Shown here piece by piece: positions 49,079-58,265 of a DNA stretch of 64,000 nt. The translations under genes were made by a program, and so were the position numbers. Under the pieces are notes generated by a model. The model searched no databases and was not told where the DNA came from. It saw only the letters and a program-made list of their open reading frames with translations. The DNA comes from Polyangiaceae bacterium (GTDB taxonomy: Bacteria > Myxococcota_A > Polyangia > Polyangiales > Polyangiaceae): contig JBNKBE010000001.1 of NCBI GenBank assembly GCA_050287085.1, positions 386,493 to 450,492 on the forward strand, written 5' to 3'. The stretch's first letter is position 1, and each line of letters starts with the position of its first letter.

Positions 49079-50503
49079 ATGCCCTCTACTCGAATTAGTT
49101 ACTTCAAGACTTCGGCACTAACTGGGACGGCCTTGGCTCTCCTGGCTGGCGCAGCACACGCGCAGGTCGCAGCACCCAGCGCATCCGTCAGCGTGACCGC
49201 CCCGGCGCCAACAGCCGCGGCATCCGTCTCAGCTCCGGCTGCTCCCGCAGTTCCGGCTGCTCCCGCGGCCCCCAGTGTTGCGGCCCCCAGTGTTGATGCC
49301 ACGGCAACCGCTCCCGCCGCACCGGCACCCGCTGTCGTCGCAGAACCCCCAGCCATGCCCGTGGCGCCGGCACCCGTCGCCCCCGCACCCGTCGCCCCCG
49401 CACCCATGCCTCCGGTGGAGCCCATGCCGCTGGCCCCGCTAGTGGATCCCGCAGAGCCCGTTGCCGAGGAAGCGGCAGCGGAGAGCCCACTCAACCTATT
49501 CATGTTTGCTGATGCGAACTACGGCATCACAAGCTCACACCGCGACGCCGCAAGCCCCTTCCACCGCGCGTATGCATTCAACGACTCCGACGGTACGACG
49601 AGCAACGGCTTTGCGCTCGAATGGATGGGCGTAGACGCAAGCTACACCATCGGTGAGGTATCAGCGACGGCCAGCTTCCGCTTTGGCGATGCCGTCAACA
49701 CCTTCTTCGGCGGTGACAAGGGCGGCGCGGGTATCGACAACCTGTTGCAGGGATACCTCACCTGGGCGCCCACCGAGAACATCTCTCTCGATCTGGGTCA
49801 GTTTGGTACCATCTACGGCGCTGAGGTTGCCGAGAGCTGGGTGAACCTGAACTACACCCGCGGCGGCCTGTACTACGCAATGCAGCCCTTCTGGCACACC
49901 GGCTTGCGTGCGTCGTTCCAGCTGGATCCGAAGTTCGCCCTCAAGGCCATGGTGGTTAACGGCGTTAACAGCTCCTTCGATGAGGACGATGCCCCGAGCG
50001 TCGGCCTGCAGGCAGCACTGACCCCGTCGGATGAGTTTGCGCTCTACCTCGGTGGCTTTCAGACCTTGGATCCGGAGCATGACAGCTCTGGCTTCGACAC
50101 CTTCCTCGACCTGGTCGCTACCTTGAACATCGATGCTTTCAGCGCGGTGCTCAACGCGGACTTCAACCAGAACGCTGGCGACGACGCGAGCGATTCGGGT
50201 GACGACAGCTCGTTCTACGGTGTCAGCCTGGCGCTGGGATACAACTTCACCAACCACTTCGGCCTCGCCGGACGTTACGAGTTCCTCGGGGATCCCGACG
50301 GCGCAATCTGGGAGAACGAAGACGGCAACGTGCAAACGTTCACCCTCACCTTCGACGTCAAGCCCCTCGACACGGACAATCTGATCGTCCGCTGGGACAA
50401 TCGCTTCGAGAAGGGCTCGGACGACATCTTCGCCGATCAAGAGAACAAGGCCACCGACAAGTTCTTCGGCTCTGTCGTCGGCGTCGTCGTGAAGATGGAC
50501 TGA
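49079..50503 (+). CDS. Outer-membrane beta-barrel porin (OmpL-like/BBP2) with Pro/Ala-rich N-terminal linker
   Basis: AGGAG SD, signal peptide AHA-Q, G.F.T..GAEV.ESW.N.NYTRG, PFWHTGLR and amphipathic strands. Confidence 0.85.
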   Translation: MPSTRISYFKTSALTGTALALLAGAAHAQVAAPSASVSVTAPAPTAAASVSAPAAPAVPAAPAAPSVAAPSVDATATAPAAPAPAVVAEPPAMPVAPAPVAPAPVAPAPMPPVEPMPLAPLVDPAEPVAEEAAAESPLNLFMFADANYGITSSHRDAASPFHRAYAFNDSDGTTSNGFALEWMGVDASYTIGEVSATASFRFGDAVNTFFGGDKGGAGIDNLLQGYLTWAPTENISLDLGQFGTIYGAEVAESWVNLNYTRGGLYYAMQPFWHTGLRASFQLDPKFALKAMVVNGVNSSFDEDDAPSVGLQAALTPSDEFALYLGGFQTLDPEHDSSGFDTFLDLVATLNIDAFSAVLNADFNQNAGDDASDSGDDSSFYGVSLALGYNFTNHFGLAGRYEFLGDPDGAIWENEDGNVQTFTLTFDVKPLDTDNLIVRWDNRFEKGSDDIFADQENKATDKFFGSVVGVVVKMD

Positions 50504-50539
50504 GCTTCATCGACGGCTGACCTGCCATGAAGGTCACAC

Positions 50540-50584
50540 AAGAAGAGCCGCCTCCAAGTGAGGTGGCTCTTCTTGCGTTTGTTC
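50540..50584 (+). terminator. Rho-independent terminator after the porin gene
   Basis: 15-bp stem AAGAAGAGCCGCCTC-CAAGT-GAGGTGGCTCTTCTT (one G-U pair) followed by GCGTTTGTT. Confidence 0.75.
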
Positions 50585-50645
50585 TCGGAGAGCCGAGCCG
50601 CTTTTTTTCGGAGCCCGAACGTGGCCTGCAGGTTATGGTCCTGAC

Positions 50646-51485
50646 ATGAGGACGCCCCCCCAAAGGACAGCCGCACGGCTGTCGAGCTCATGGCTTCGAG
50701 CGCTGGCAGGCGCTGCCCTTGTGCTGCTTGCCCCCGTTGCATGCGTGTCGGTTGCCACTTTTATCGTGCAGCAATACGACGGCGAAGAGCGGCCTTCCGA
50801 TTCGCTTTCCATCCTGCGACTCAATCCGAGCGATCCCGTCATTCTGGTGGCACTCGACGGCGAAAGGCTCAACTTTGCCGTGACCGAACCCGACACCCGG
50901 GTCCATATCGAGATGCTACCGGGCGAGCATGTCCTGGACGTTGGTCACGTAAACGATCCTATTGGCGTACAACAAGTGCGGTTCTTGGGAGAAGCCGGCG
51001 CGACCTACCGCGTGCTCGTAGGCATGAGCCCGCGTGACGCAAGCGCCGCCGCGCAGGGTCGATGGCAGGCCCAGGTGGTCCTGGTCGACGCCGAAAGCGA
51101 CCGTGTGCTGGCTCCGGCACGGGCACCAGAGCCTCCCCCGATACCCGACCCCACTGCCCCTGGCCCCTTGCACGCTGCCCCTGCGCCCTCCGGCAGCGCC
51201 CCACTGACGACGCCCCTCTCGTCAGCATCGGCGATCCCTCCCACTATCCCGGCTCCGATCGCCACGGCACCGACGGTCCCGGCTCCCAGTGTCGCAGCAG
51301 TTCCCACTGGGACGGCTCCCGCCGTCCCAGCTCCCCCCGTCCCAGCTCCGGCGCCGGCAGGACCGCCATCTCCGATCGGCGGTGCCACCGAGCCCTTACC
51401 ACCCAGCGCCAGCCCCGCTCCCACCGGGACGGCAGGCGTTCCTCCAGCGCCGCCGACGGCTCCTATGGGCAGCGCCGCACAGTAA
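50646..51485 (+). CDS. Hypothetical lipoprotein with Pro/Ala-rich tail
   Basis: PVAC lipobox, beta-sandwich-like domain (IEMLPGEHVL...EAGATYRV) and a low-complexity C-terminus. Confidence 0.75.
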   Translation: MRTPPQRTAARLSSSWLRALAGAALVLLAPVACVSVATFIVQQYDGEERPSDSLSILRLNPSDPVILVALDGERLNFAVTEPDTRVHIEMLPGEHVLDVGHVNDPIGVQQVRFLGEAGATYRVLVGMSPRDASAAAQGRWQAQVVLVDAESDRVLAPARAPEPPPIPDPTAPGPLHAAPAPSGSAPLTTPLSSASAIPPTIPAPIATAPTVPAPSVAAVPTGTAPAVPAPPVPAPAPAGPPSPIGGATEPLPPSASPAPTGTAGVPPAPPTAPMGSAAQ

Positions 51486-51509
51486 ATGAGATACTAGACC
51501 GGCCAACTG

Positions 51510-51842
51510 TTAGATGGCGCGTAGCTCCAGCGTGTTGCCATCGGGATCGCGAACAACCGCATAGAGCAGCTTTGGGGAGCCCAGTGTGCGTACCAAGGTG
51601 CCGCCCGCCCTCGTGAGCGAGTCGACCACACCCACTAGACCGCTCAACCGTAAGCCAAGGCGCATCAAACCCGCCTTGCCGTGACTTGGGCAGATCTCGA
51701 ACTGAATGCCGTCGAGCTGTCCGCGATAGCCTTCAGTGGGGGCAGGCTCGAAGTGAATCCCCAACGCTTCGTAGAATCGGCGCGACCGCTCCAGATCCGC
51801 GGCGCGCAGCACGACCAATTCCAAACGCAACATCCGCATCAT
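51510..51842 (-). CDS. VOC/glyoxalase-family protein
   Basis: VVLRAADLERSRRFYEALG...VRDPDGNTLEL. Confidence 0.85.
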   Translation of the reverse strand: MMRMLRLELVVLRAADLERSRRFYEALGIHFEPAPTEGYRGQLDGIQFEICPSHGKAGLMRLGLRLSGLVGVVDSLTRAGGTLVRTLGSPKLLYAVVRDPDGNTLELRAI

Positions 51843-52147
51843 ATACGGTCGTTGCAGAGCTTCGATTAAGGTGGCTCGTTGCCATCCGACAGGTGCCTGA
51901 TGTTGCCGCACCGAGAAAGTTGGCCCGTGCGCCCTGGACCCGATGCAATAGTTGTGTGCTCACGCTCGTACTCTTGCTCATTGTCGGCGGTTGGACAGCG
52001 TCTCAGTGGACCAAGCCTGGCGTCTTGGGCAGCCGCGTATCTCGCCACTAGGCAAGCGGAACGCCAAGCCGCCTCCCATTGAGCGCTGAGACCGCTCCGG
52101 CCTCTCGGAGTGTCCCTGTCAGCAGATTTGTGGTGCACCGAAGCGAC

Positions 52148-53131
52148 TCACTCTGCCGCGGTGGGAACGGCGCGGGCGTGCTCAGGCCTTGCTGCCGTAA
52201 ACGTGTCGTAGCCGTCTCGTCCCATGTACATCTGCAGCAAGCGTCGTTGGGTTTGGTCGAGCTCGACCACCACAAGCCCGTCCATCGCGTCCTGAAAGCC
52301 TGGATCGATACTGAAGGAAAGGAACTTGCCTCCGAGTCGAACGTACTCGCGCACCAACACCGGCAGCCCCTTGTCGTCAGATTCGAACTCTGAGACGCGC
52401 TTGGACAACGCGGCGACGTCCATGACCGACACAACGGCAGCCGCGTCGACCGGACGACGCGCCCGCACATAGCTGGACAGCTTGTGACGAAAGCTGCCCG
52501 AGTGCAGCACTGATGCGATCAACTGCCGCGATGCATCTGAGTACTGCGCCGATACGCTGACCGGACCAAGAAGTGCTCGATAGCGAGGCCTTCTAGCCAG
52601 CAACTGACCAATACCACGCCACAATACGGCCAAGCCCCCACCGGCACCTTGATATTGGGGACAGACGAATGAACGCCCCAACTCGACCACTGGTGGCAAC
52701 CGGTCGAGGAGATCCGGCTCATAGTGAAAGAGCTCACGCGTGTACAAGGCGTCGGAACCCTGCTGGCGCAAGGCCACATCGGTCATGCATAGCCGGTAGG
52801 CACCAGCGATACGCCGCAGCTGATTGTCCCAAGCAAAGAGGTGCATGTACCACTCGTCGTAGCGGTCCAAGTCCCGTGCCGCTCCACTTCCCTCACCGAC
52901 CGAACGAAAGCACACCTCACGCAGACGCCCAATCTCCAACAGCACCCTAGGCACTCGCGACTGGGACGCAACGTACACGCTATAACGCCCCGTCGACACC
53001 AGTTGCTGATTGCGAGAAAGAGAGGCGATTTCGCGTTCGAGCGCGGCCGCCGGCTCCGGCGGCGCTATTTCGGCCAAGCGGCGGCAGCTGCGCAAACCAT
53101 TGTCAGACAGACCCGTATCGGTGACTAGCAT
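52148..53131 (-). CDS. GNAT-family N-acyltransferase (OlsB/putative hemolysin-like)
   Basis: EIGRLRE..FR.VGEG.G...DLD.YD..Y.HL..WD, GAYR, ELGRSFV...YQ, LW.GIG, GPVSVS, F..D..F...DGL. Confidence 0.88.
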   Translation of the reverse strand: MLVTDTGLSDNGLRSCRRLAEIAPPEPAAALEREIASLSRNQQLVSTGRYSVYVASQSRVPRVLLEIGRLREVCFRSVGEGSGAARDLDRYDEWYMHLFAWDNQLRRIAGAYRLCMTDVALRQQGSDALYTRELFHYEPDLLDRLPPVVELGRSFVCPQYQGAGGGLAVLWRGIGQLLARRPRYRALLGPVSVSAQYSDASRQLIASVLHSGSFRHKLSSYVRARRPVDAAAVVSVMDVAALSKRVSEFESDDKGLPVLVREYVRLGGKFLSFSIDPGFQDAMDGLVVVELDQTQRRLLQMYMGRDGYDTFTAARPEHARAVPTAAE

Positions 53132-53337
53132 CTTCCTGTGCTCCTTGCTGAACGAGCCAGAAAGTGCTGAGCTGAGATGACGCCTGCATGACAACCGAGC
53201 GCAGCTCTCGTGACGTCACACAACCTTTGAACGGACTACAGAAACGACGCTAGCGCGACAAGGCTCCGTCACAGTCGCTCGCAGGCCGTCGTTCCAGGGG
53301 GTGGCGGCCGGAAATGACAACGGGTCCAGAGGTCTTG

Positions 53338-53391
53338 GCCTCAGACCTCGGCTCTATGCACAATTGCCTCAGACCTCGGCTCTATGCACAA
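53338..53391. repeat. 26-bp perfect direct repeat duplicating the 3' end of the reductase gene
   Basis: GCCTCAGACCTCGGCTCTATGCACAA at 53338 and 53366, separated by TT. Confidence 0.9.
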
Positions 53392-54352
53392 AGGGGTCGG
53401 CAAGAATATCCTGGAGCGAAGCCCCTGCGAGAAAGAGCTGCTTCTTGAGGGCTCGCACCAGGTCCGCATTCCCACACAGATACGTAGTCTGTTCAGCCAA
53501 AGCCGACTTGTTCTCCAGCAAGAGCTCTTCGAGCGGCCGTCGGTCGACCATCAAGGGCGGGGCAACGGCGAAATCCATGCCGTCGGCGCCCGCGAGACTC
53601 AGGGTAATGCGCAGCGTCGGATGCTGCAGCGCGAGCGCCAACAGCTCGTCCATGAGATAAAACGCATCGGGACTCCGCCCTCCCCACACCAATTCGATGG
53701 GGGCGCGATGCTGAGCCGCTAAGGCTGCTCGTACGACCCCTAGCAAAGGCGCGAGCCCCGTACCCGTGCCGGCAAGAACCAGGCGCCGCTCGGGAGCCCC
53801 CGGGAGATAGGTACACTCCCCAAAGGGTCCTCGAATTTCCACTTCAGCCCCCGCCGCATCGGCAAGCCAACCGCTCATGGCCCCTCCCGGCAGCCGAGCC
53901 ACGTGAAGCTCCAACCGCTCCCCACCCGGTAGGGAAGCCAGCGAATACGGGCGCATCAAGCCGTCTGCTGTGCGCACAAGCTGAACGAATTGTCCCGCCT
54001 CGTATTCGAATCCACTGGGACGCTCGAGGAAGACCCGCAAAACTCGAGGGGACAGGAAGTCCACCGATTGCACCCGCGTGTGATGGGGCTTTGCGACGTC
54101 CGTCCTGCTTAACGATAGATCACCCGTGGGTTTACACACGCAGGCCAGGAACAGCCCACGCTGCCGCCAAGCAGGCTTCAGACCCGCCTGCGCGGCAGCG
54201 GGAACATTGCCTGCCGTTGCCCGCATGAGACACGTTTGACAGTTGCCGCTGCGACAGAAGGATGGAATCTCGTGGCCCGCCCGTTCGAGACACTCAAGAA
54301 CCGTCTCACCGGCGCGGAGTTCGTACTCTCTGTCCTCGAAGACAATCGTCAT
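53369..54352 (-). CDS. 2Fe-2S ferredoxin / FAD / NAD(P)H oxidoreductase
   Basis: CRSGNCQTC...LAC (2Fe-2S), RPYSLAS, GAMS, GPFG, GTGTGLAP, YLCG. Confidence 0.92.
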   Translation of the reverse strand: MTIVFEDREYELRAGETVLECLERAGHEIPSFCRSGNCQTCLMRATAGNVPAAAQAGLKPAWRQRGLFLACVCKPTGDLSLSRTDVAKPHHTRVQSVDFLSPRVLRVFLERPSGFEYEAGQFVQLVRTADGLMRPYSLASLPGGERLELHVARLPGGAMSGWLADAAGAEVEIRGPFGECTYLPGAPERRLVLAGTGTGLAPLLGVVRAALAAQHRAPIELVWGGRSPDAFYLMDELLALALQHPTLRITLSLAGADGMDFAVAPPLMVDRRPLEELLLENKSALAEQTTYLCGNADLVRALKKQLFLAGASLQDILADPFVHRAEV

Positions 54353-54519
54353 CTAGCGTTCCTTCTCGGGCTCGCCCCCAACACACCATGGCTCCCACGC
54401 GTGCGTACGGGGCCCGACCCTATCGGGAATGATGTGACCGACCGGCGCGGCCCGCACGCGCGCAGAGCCCCGGCAGCGGGAGACTCCTTGCGCTGCGACG
54501 CGGCGGGCCATGGCTCAAG

Positions 54520-54885
54520 CTACTGATTCAGTACGTCACCCTTGACGCTCATGGCAATGGCTGCGGCCTCACCAATGAGCTCGTCGGGCACGCCAAGCTC
54601 CTTGAGTGCAGCACCGAGGTTTTCGAGCACTGCGTTGAAGTCGCCTTCGCTGAGGTTGAGCTTCGCGTGGGCCGCCCGCATGTCCAGCCCCGAGTAGCTG
54701 TTGGGCCCACCAAACGCGAAAGTGAGAAACGCCTTCTGCTTGGCGCGCTGTCGGTCCATGTCGACGGTATCGAAATAGTGGCTGATACGATCGTCGGTGA
54801 GGACCTTCCGATAGAATACCTCTACCGCCGCGTTCACGGCGGCCTCGCCCCCAATGCGCTCGAACAACGAAGAACTGTCGGTCAT
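54520..54885 (-). CDS. glbN: Group I truncated hemoglobin (HbN-like)
   Basis: SLFERIGG..AV.AAV..FY..VL.D, Q..KQ..FL..AFGGP..Y.G..MR.AH. AAAGGA SD. Confidence 0.93.
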   Translation of the reverse strand: MTDSSSLFERIGGEAAVNAAVEVFYRKVLTDDRISHYFDTVDMDRQRAKQKAFLTFAFGGPNSYSGLDMRAAHAKLNLSEGDFNAVLENLGAALKELGVPDELIGEAAAIAMSVKGDVLNQ

Positions 54886-55115
54886 GTCGGATCCTTTCCT
54901 GGGTTCGTTTCGGCTACGCGATCACCTCCGCGAGCGGCGGCATCGACAACTCACGTAGTCTGTGCCAATTCCAGTATTTGATCTACTGCTTTAAGAGCCC
55001 TGCGTCGCGTTGTCGCAAATGGACTCGGCCGCACGGACGTTCGCGCATCGGGAACGTCCGCTACGTCGAATTGATACGGGCTATCCATCCTCCCGCAATA
55101 TTAGCGGCAGGGCCC

Positions 55116-55598
55116 TCATAGACCCGGTGGACATTGAATGGTGATGGGCTGCGGTGGCGGTTGCCCTGGCAGCGCTGGCGGTGTCCCAGTACAGGTTCCA
55201 TCTGCGTTCTTGACCACTCCCGGGATGACCGTTGGCGTTGCACTTCCCGCAGGCGCCGGCTGCGGCTGTGCGGTTGGTGGAAGCGGCGCTTGCGGCATCG
55301 GCTGAACGGGTGGGGCGGGTTGGGCCGGCGCCGGAGCTGGCTGAGCTGGGTAGGGCTGCTGCGGCGGATAGGGTTGTGACGGAGGCGGCTGCTGTCCCGC
55401 CGGCGCCGGATACTGCTGATAGCCGGGCTGCGCTGGATAGGGTTGCTGCGGTGGATAGGGTTGCTGTCCTGGATAGGGCTGCTGCTGAGGCGGCTGAGCT
55501 CCCGGCGGATATTGAGCTGGAGGTTCCTCCTTTGAGCAAGCAGCAATGCAAGCTGCGGTCAAGACGGCAGAAAGGACGGCACTTGGAAGCAACTTCAT
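55116..55598 (-). CDS. Pro/Gln/Tyr-rich repeat lipoprotein
   Basis: IAAC lipobox, repeated QQPYP(P/G/A) units and two C-terminal Cys. Confidence 0.75.
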   Translation of the reverse strand: MKLLPSAVLSAVLTAACIAACSKEEPPAQYPPGAQPPQQQPYPGQQPYPPQQPYPAQPGYQQYPAPAGQQPPPSQPYPPQQPYPAQPAPAPAQPAPPVQPMPQAPLPPTAQPQPAPAGSATPTVIPGVVKNADGTCTGTPPALPGQPPPQPITIQCPPGL

Positions 55599-55717
55599 GC
55601 GCCGAGTACAGCACGCAGATCCCGCGGTGTCGAGGCTCAATCCTTCGCGAAAGGCCTTGCCGGCGAGGACGATCACGCGGGGGCGCCCGGCTTGCTGCCG
55701 CTAGCTATCGACAACAG

Positions 55718-56308
55718 TCAGTGCCGCCGCGTCGTTCGGGCAATACTCCAGCACATCCACCCCCCTGCCAGGCAAGAGACAGCCACAGAGCTGAACCCTA
55801 GCGCGCGCGCCAAAGCTCCCAAGGTATCGTCCCAGTCGAGGATCCCCGCGCTTCCCAGGAGAAACGTCCAATCGTGCACGGGCTCCGACCCCAGGCTGAC
55901 CAGCGGCAGCGCCTGACGGGTCGCGTCCGCCATGTAGCGGCCGCTCTCAATACAAGAAAGGCCAAACCACACCATGCACACAGATGCCCCGAAGTAGTCG
56001 CGCTGCCGAGCGAGCAGATGCCACGCCGCCACGAGGGGCGCACACCACTGCACCAGCGAGCCACCCGCAATCGACCACCATTGTCCGAACCAAGAAAAAA
56101 GGATGTGTCCCAGCTCGTGTAGACCGAGCGTGATACCCGAGAAGAAGTGACGGTAGGCGCCGTCAACGCCTAGCCGAATCCCAGCATAGCTGGAGTAAAG
56201 CACCACTGCGGCCCGGAGCCGCCAGCCAGTGCGCGTTGCGCACCAGTCGTTGACCGCGTCGAACGAGAGCAGCAAGCGCTCTCTCATGCCTTCTACGATA
56301 TCTCTCAT
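55718..56308 (-). CDS. Integral membrane protein with HExxH (M50-like zinc peptidase motif)
   Basis: Several TM helices, LHELGH, AGGS..Q, YMADA...LPLV...HDW..LL. Confidence 0.75.
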   Translation of the reverse strand: MRDIVEGMRERLLLSFDAVNDWCATRTGWRLRAAVVLYSSYAGIRLGVDGAYRHFFSGITLGLHELGHILFSWFGQWWSIAGGSLVQWCAPLVAAWHLLARQRDYFGASVCMVWFGLSCIESGRYMADATRQALPLVSLGSEPVHDWTFLLGSAGILDWDDTLGALARALGFSSVAVSCLAGGWMCWSIARTTRRH

Positions 56309-56342
56309 CCAGCCTCGTGCGCAGCGCCTCTCTCGTGCGGAG

Positions 56343-58265
56343 TCAGAGCGCAACTCCCGCGTCGCCTTCGCTCGGCTCGGGACAAGGCGTACTCGAGTAG
56401 TCAGGGTGATCGCTTGGCAGCTCACAGGGATGGCGCCGCACAACACGTGTGCGTGCCTTGTAGATCACCTGCCGCGCCTGGCGCGTGGTCGTTCCATCCG
56501 GATAGGTCAACTGCCGGGCCACATCCACTGTGAAACCACGGTCCCCTGCTTCCGCAACGACTTCGTCCCCCGGCTCAACATCGACGTCGGCCTCGTACTC
56601 GACGGGCATGTCAACAAAGTCGTGGCGCGCTGATACCTCGCGCTTCACAACGCGCCCTCCATTGTCGCCGTATAGAATCACCTTGATATAGGTGGGACCA
56701 AATTGAGTCTTGATCAACAAACCCGCCGCTGTGTCGTTCCTAAAGATGAAGTCCGGTTTGGGAAATGACACCGTCGCTTCGTGACCCAGAGGATATCGGG
56801 TGAAGTAGTAGCTGTGGGGCTGGCGTTCGATAATCTCATAGCCACCGTCAAAGACAGCGTTGTAGATCGTCGTCGCGAACTGACTGATACCACCACCTAC
56901 GGTATCTTGGATTTCCCCCCGTACAATCGTGGGAGCGGGAACAAATCCTGTACCCGAGCGCCGTTCACCGATCGCGTCGTTCAGAGAAAACGTCTCACCG
57001 GGAAGCACGATTGTGCCGTCTATGAGCTCTGCTATCCGATGGATGTTCTTGACGCGAGGACGGCAACAGGGATGGTAGGTAACGAACTCTGCCACCTTGC
57101 CCGCGAGTCCCAATCCGCTGGCCACATCCGTGGTGATGCGCGGCTCCTCTCCTGGACGGATCGCGAGCTCTGCTCGACGTTCATCAGCATTCGCCGCAGC
57201 CCACACCGAAGCTAGGAAGTCCTCCGTGGCTATTGTCGTTCCGCGCAGATGCGGCACAACCTCAAAGCGGTTTCCTCGATGAACTTGTACGAGCGCTGAC
57301 TTCGGTGCGCGCGTCCAACGCCGCTTTGCCTCGTCCAGCACAACATGCAAGGCGTCCGGTTCAAAGAATAGGCGCAACTCACCCGGATGCTCCCGATCGG
57401 GCGCAGAGCGCAAGCCAGCTGCCAATACGCTCTTGTCAACGACAAGCTCGGCAAGTTCGGGAGCCGCGGCGCGCTCGGCCGTTGACGACACCTCGCCCAA
57501 GACACGCGGAGTCAGACGCAGTGGCCCCTGGAGGAGTTTCTCCGCGCGCTGCTTGGCTCTCGCAACCCCAGCGTCGTGAGTCTGCGGCGAAATGCTGTCG
57601 AGTTCGAGCACGACGACGCCGTTCGGCCTGGCCAAAGCGGATTGCAGGGCATCGAACGCGCTCGAACGCCTGATTGCCAGCCCGGCACGCGGCGACTCAG
57701 CCTTTGCCCGCCCTCCGACAACACGCACCTGGCCCTCTAGCGGCAACTGAAGCGCCTCCTGTTCCATGGCGGCAAGCTCCGTCTCCACGCGCGCTTCGTC
57801 CAAGGTCACAACATTGGGGATATCGACGCGAGCCCCGAGGCCCACCGCCGCTCCCAGACGAGCATAAGAGCCATGCCCCTGCCCCACCGCAAGTGCCGCA
57901 TCGAGCATGTCTTCCGTGACTAGAACAGCCCCCAAATCAACGAGCGGAAGCGCGAAATCCTGGTCTCCAACCCGCAAGCGGAGCACTTGTTGTGCCAGCT
58001 GCAGAGCCTCCGCATTCAGGTGTTGAAGCAGACGCTGGCGCGTCCAACCGCCTACTTCGACGCCCCCAATAGCGACGCCGGGCGCTACTCGATCCCCGAC
58101 GGCCAGGCTCTGGCCCGCGATCAATCCAGCACACGTCGTGAGCACACAGGCGCTCAACGTGAGACCTATCTGGACTCCGGACCAGGGGCCTCGCAAACGC
58201 CGCCAATAGCCTATGCCGAATAACGCAGGCAGGTGCCAACTCTCAAGGCTCCGAGGCTTTGTCAT
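56343..58265 (-). CDS. VanW-family protein with peptidoglycan-binding and G5-like regions
   Basis: TM anchor, GV.IGGV.VGG, R..NI...A..IDG...PGETFS.N...G.R, GGGISQFATT.YNA, ER.PHS, EATV. Confidence 0.9.
   Translation of the reverse strand: MTKPRSLESWHLPALFGIGYWRRLRGPWSGVQIGLTLSACVLTTCAGLIAGQSLAVGDRVAPGVAIGGVEVGGWTRQRLLQHLNAEALQLAQQVLRLRVGDQDFALPLVDLGAVLVTEDMLDAALAVGQGHGSYARLGAAVGLGARVDIPNVVTLDEARVETELAAMEQEALQLPLEGQVRVVGGRAKAESPRAGLAIRRSSAFDALQSALARPNGVVVLELDSISPQTHDAGVARAKQRAEKLLQGPLRLTPRVLGEVSSTAERAAAPELAELVVDKSVLAAGLRSAPDREHPGELRLFFEPDALHVVLDEAKRRWTRAPKSALVQVHRGNRFEVVPHLRGTTIATEDFLASVWAAANADERRAELAIRPGEEPRITTDVASGLGLAGKVAEFVTYHPCCRPRVKNIHRIAELIDGTIVLPGETFSLNDAIGERRSGTGFVPAPTIVRGEIQDTVGGGISQFATTIYNAVFDGGYEIIERQPHSYYFTRYPLGHEATVSFPKPDFIFRNDTAAGLLIKTQFGPTYIKVILYGDNGGRVVKREVSARHDFVDMPVEYEADVDVEPGDEVVAEAGDRGFTVDVARQLTYPDGTTTRQARQVIYKARTRVVRRHPCELPSDHPDYSSTPCPEPSEGDAGVAL

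Noticed and set aside
49190..49480. Short repeats in the porin N-terminus (similar ones at 36310 and 51130-51480)
   Set aside because: Explained by Pro/Ala-rich or acidic low-complexity protein linkers.
53338..53391. att site or target-site duplication of a mobile element
   Set aside because: The copies are adjacent, and no integrase or transposase is seen in the window.
54952..54967. Sigma54 promoter upstream of the truncated hemoglobin (TGGCACAGACTACGTG, minus strand)
   Set aside because: The -24 element is good, but -12 reads GT instead of the near-invariant GC.
56343..58265. Vancomycin resistance locus
   Set aside because: VanW-family domain only; no vanHAX or vanRS genes.
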